Positions 60,368-64,000 of a DNA stretch of 64,000 bases are shown piece by piece. The stretch is from Macrostomum lignano (lineage: Eukaryota). Both the position numbers and the translations under genes were made by a program. The notes beneath the pieces are model-generated. The model saw only the letters and a program-made list of their open reading frames with translations. It was not told where the DNA came from and did not search any database. Where the stretch lies: contig NIVC01000491.1 of the NCBI GenBank assembly GCA_002269645.1, positions 451,243 to 515,242 on the forward strand, written 5' to 3'. Numbering within the stretch: the stretch's first letter is position 1; every line of letters begins with the position of its first letter.

Positions 60368-60636
60368 GTGAGTGCTGTTTCAAATTTAACCTGTTGAAAA
60401 TTACTACGGATCTACGTAATTGAATTCACGAATAGTTTTTAACAGTTAGGGCAAGCAGCTTTGCAGTCAGCGTGTCCGACTTTTTCGTGCCACACGACCC
60501 CTAGCTGGTTCGGTTCCTCGAGAATTTCCTTAGCGGTGGGACCAATTTAGCTAATTGAGGCTAATTGAAACGCGTCGAATACTAGTAGTTGAATCTCCAT
60601 TCTTAGCCGCCTCTCGAGGATGCTAAACTTTAGCAG

Positions 60637-62394
60637 GGGCCGATTTCATAAAAAAGCTACAAGTGACAAGTGACAAGTCGACAAATGACAAGTGACAAGT
60701 GTCAAGCGTCAACGATTTTGGTTTTATAAACATGGGGGTCCTTACTCGTGTTAAAAATAACTCAATTTTATGTCTATGGTTGAGACACCATATGAAATCA
60801 ACCCAGCCTTTAGACCACAGAGCACAATTTTAGGATCTGTGTTTTAGACAGACTTGCTTTAAAGACGGCCTCTGCGTTCTTCTTGGACTTTAATACACAG
60901 CTTTAATATAGCTTTTTGCAGCCCATTTGGGCTTACGCGCATTTAATTTAATCCAAGATAGGTTTGCCAATGTAACGGAGCTTTTGTCTATGGTAGCAAG
61001 GCTGGCGCAGCGGCACTTAATTTAGTCCAACAAGCATCAATTTGGTCCATAGCTTTATTTGCAACTGTTGCGGAGGAGCAAGATCAGCCCCAGAGTTGTG
61101 GACCATGCTAGGTTTTCGAACGAATGCCACTGGCTTGTGATCAAAGCACTCAACAGAGGTGAACACCCAAAGGACATTGCAAGGTTGCTGAATATAGAAG
61201 AAAGATGATTTACAGCATCCATCAGCGTGTTGAAACCACTTCTGGCATAGGTCGCCTGTGAAAGGTGGCAATCGCCAAGGCAAGTTGCTAGAGACTCAGG
61301 TCTAACTGCTACTTAATGCAACTGAGCCGAATCCTTTTTGACGTTGCAGAAAATGCAGCAGCAGTTGAAGGAACAGTTCCAGTTGGTTATCAGATTTGGA
61401 CTATCAGCAGAGCTCTGGAAAAGCGACTGAAATTGCTGGTACAGACGCTGACATTCCAGCGGTGCGCAACAACCCTTAGGCGGTTGCGAGAAGGCAAGAG
61501 TTTGCCATTGGCTCACAAGCGTTTGGACCAAATTGATGCTTGTTGGACTGGATCGGATGCCGCTGCGCCAGCCTTGCTACCATAGACAAAGGGCCGTATG
61601 CAGAAAGCTCTGTCTAGGGTAGTCCGGTCTTGAAAAGCTAGTCTGGACTTGGATTTGGTATGCAGAAACGCAAAGTTAGACCGGTCTACTATAGACAGAA
61701 CTAGGGTAGCTAGACCATAGACCATAGACTGAACTACCCAAGTCCGGACTAGCTAGTCTGGACTAAGCTTTCTGCATACGGCCCAAAAGCTCCGTTACAT
61801 TGGCAAACCTATCTTGGATTAAATTTAATGCGCGTAAGCCCAAATAAGCTGCAAAAAAGCTATACTCCTTTTTGCGGCCTAGTTGGTACTGCAAGCTTTC
61901 AATTTAATCATAGATACGGAAATCAGGCTTGCGAGACTGAAAATTTTCTGTCTATGGTCGACACTCGCTGGCATAGCGGAGTTCAATTTTAATCCTGAGG
62001 GCATCAATTTGATCATTCTAATCATATAACGTTAGATATCCTGTCTTGAAATAAAATTCGCTTACTTATCGTTGACAAAACTGAAAACAGAACTACACAA
62101 TAAACAAATAAACGCTTTGGTGCTGGATGTTGTCTGAAAGCTACAAGTGTCACAGCGACTTGTCAAAAACACAAGACAAGAGGAAGTATTTTCACACAGA
62201 AGCATCCAGCTTAGTGCATGTCTATGGACGAAACCCCTGAAGAAGCGCTTGTAATTTGTCAAATTTTGCTTGTCACTTGTCACTTGTAACTTGTCGATTT
62301 GTCAAGCGGTAGCTGTTTTATGAAACGCATTATTTTGCGTAATTGTCACTTGTCACTTGTTATTTGTCCGACAAGTGATTTATGAAATAGGCCC
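60637..62394. mobile_element. Non-autonomous PIF/Harbinger-like element
   Basis: TIR GGGCCGATTTCATAAA / TTTATGAAATAGGCCC; 3-bp CAG duplication; subterminal ACAAGTG repeats inverted at the two ends. Confidence 0.75.
60909..61862 (+). mobile_element. Nested Tc1/IS630-like non-autonomous element with long inverted arms and a decayed transposase N-terminus
   Basis: TA flanks; arms ~60909-61048 vs 61523-61591 plus 61785-61862; frameshifted HTH-like peptides IKALNRGEHPKDIARLLNI, KGGNRQGKL, NPFLTLQKMQQQL...TISRAL. Confidence 0.55.
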
Positions 62395-63048
62395 CAGTAA
62401 AAGTTTTATCATTTTAGCTGAACTGCTACGCTCACGAAACCGCGATCTAGCAAGCTGCTAAAAACCAAGACTTTCGACCATAGACATCGCTCAGAAACCT
62501 CTCATCCGACTGCTAAGTTCGTGAAGCCGAAAGTTAGCAGACTATTAAAAATTAGAGTTCGACTGCTAGACTCAAGAAACCAAAAGCTGCCTAGCAGCTG
62601 CTAAATAGCAGCTAGCAGTGCTTCATGAAATTGGTCCCTGGAGTGGTGGGACGATGACTCCACGAATTTCAACGAAGGCGTTGAAATTTTAATATACGCT
62701 CGTATTTTATTCATGTTACCAATGCATTAACGAAATCTTTAAGCTTGAGTCAGTTCTAAGCTCAAAATATCATTTTTTTCTGGCGGCTTCAATTCGGTGC
62801 TGGAAAACATCCGCTTTCGAACAAATGAAATAATTTATAATTTTGTTATAATTTATCTAAAATTATAACAAATTTCCTTGAATTCTCGTCTCACTACGAG
62901 CGTATCGTTTACTTTCAGCATAAGCGACCATCCACTGTCTGTGTAAGACTGCAGATTTAATCCAAGCGTTATTACCCTTTACCTTTTATTCAATTACTCT
63001 TTTCTGATTTCCTTTAGCTGAAGAGCAGCCCTCTAAGGGTACTCAATG

Positions 63049-63405
63049 TGGGCCGTAGCCCAGCGGTAGCGCAGGCTCTGGTGTGCCAGCGACCCAGGCT
63101 CGATTCCAAGTGCAGTCACATTAATTTGGGGCTGAATTGGAATCTCGGCTTGGCTCCGCTCGTGCAATTAACGGCCTTGAGAGCCACCCCCCCCTCCAAG
63201 GCACAGTGAAGTGTACATGCCTAACGATAAATAAAGTTAGGGCCGCTGTACACTCCTGTGTGAGTGTGTGCCTGCGTACGTATCCGCGCGCTTGTGTGCC
63301 TGCTCAGGGGAGTCGGCGGAATGGGCAGTAATGCCTCTCGCCGGTTGTGTGCCTATGTCGCTTAAAGTGCACCAGGGTGCACAAAACCCCCTGCCTTTAA
63401 TAAAA
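63049..63405 (+). mobile_element. Full-length tRNA-derived SINE, 357 bp
   Basis: A box TAGCCCAGCGG, B-box-like GGCTCGATTCC, 3' GTGCACC-AG-GGTGCAC hairpin, A-rich tail, 14-bp TSD AAGGGTACTCAATG. Confidence 0.85.
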
Positions 63406-64000
63406 AAGGGTACTCAATGGTTTAAAAGAATTTACGAAGGAATGAGATTTTTAATTTGTTCACCATTGTACGTAACTATCGGTCGTAATGCATGCACACT
63501 TTTCTTTGATGTCGCACCCAGTTTTATATTGTACAGTATCCCTGTACCTAACACCATTATCTAAGTAGTTTTTTGACATTCTTTCATATCAAATAGTTCT
63601 AAATAGTGCACCTCAAATTTCCTGTAAAAATATCTACACATTATGCACCTTCTATTTTAGGATTCCACAATAAAAAAAAATTGGTTGCATTGGGTGTGGA
63701 GTTCATTAAATTGTATGTTTGCATTCTCTCCTAAATTTCCCTGGTAAAAGAGTTAGCTAACACACTATTAATTTCTCATGTAACCTTAATTGGCTTTATT
63801 TCAGTATTCGTCGTGTCGATAAAAGCGATAAAATACCATCCCGATTTGCCTACTAGTTTGTGCTACTTAACGTGAGTAGTAGCATGCGACGTTTTTTCGA
63901 GCAAAATTTCGATCACAATCAAATCACGTCATGAATTTTCGAATCACAAAACGCGCTGCTGTTTCAATATTTGCACAAAAATCTTTCTATAATTTAACTC

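Noticed and set aside
55625-63130. Functional tRNA genes at ~55640, ~63050 (and ~10461)
   Set aside because: A/B boxes present but no complete cloverleaf; followed by SINE bodies, one with a TSD.
60368-64000. Further dynein exons after AAA1
   Set aside because: No segment matching the expected E-x-x-x-L-x-R-A-L / NLPKF continuation was found; the gene presumably continues past the window.

Overview
Eukaryotic (animal) genomic DNA, not prokaryotic. GT-AG spliced genes, TTAGGG repeats, a flatworm-type RNW..R rhodopsin GPCR and minisatellite-filled introns suggest a free-living flatworm such as Macrostomum (inference). Genes: (1) complete 4-exon FEN1 on the minus strand, join(30581-30500, 26109-25844, 5514-5056, 2666-2307), 388 aa; (2) the 5' ~2013 codons (12 exons, 42551-60367, +) of an axonemal dynein heavy chain most like DNAH14, running off the window; (3) a 2-exon 7TM GPCR nested antisense in dynein intron 4; (4) an intronless secreted Ly6/three-finger-like protein; (5) a secreted PAN/apple + LamG-like gene whose best exon 2/3 splice creates a TGA. 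The most striking structure is in the 20.3-kb FEN1 intron 2. There, a 19.1-kb non-coding rolling-circle (Helitron-like) composite (6043-25152) can be removed to restore a 24-bp minisatellite exactly. It consists of a satellite-bearing element A whose 5' tip is split at A|T by a 14-kb head-to-tail array of element B. Several copies lack exactly their TCTA 5' tip and a stack of TCTA/TCT tips sits at the outer end, suggesting repeated insertion into the element's own 5' terminus. Other elements: a palindromic Penelope-like fragment with two hammerhead ribozyme motifs, hAT MITEs with 8-bp TSDs, nested Harbinger/Tc1-like elements, tRNA-derived SINEs (one CORE-like) and an RTE-like RT fragment. Most long ORFs in the supplied track are repeat-translation artefacts. 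All coordinates were read by eye; no database searches were run.
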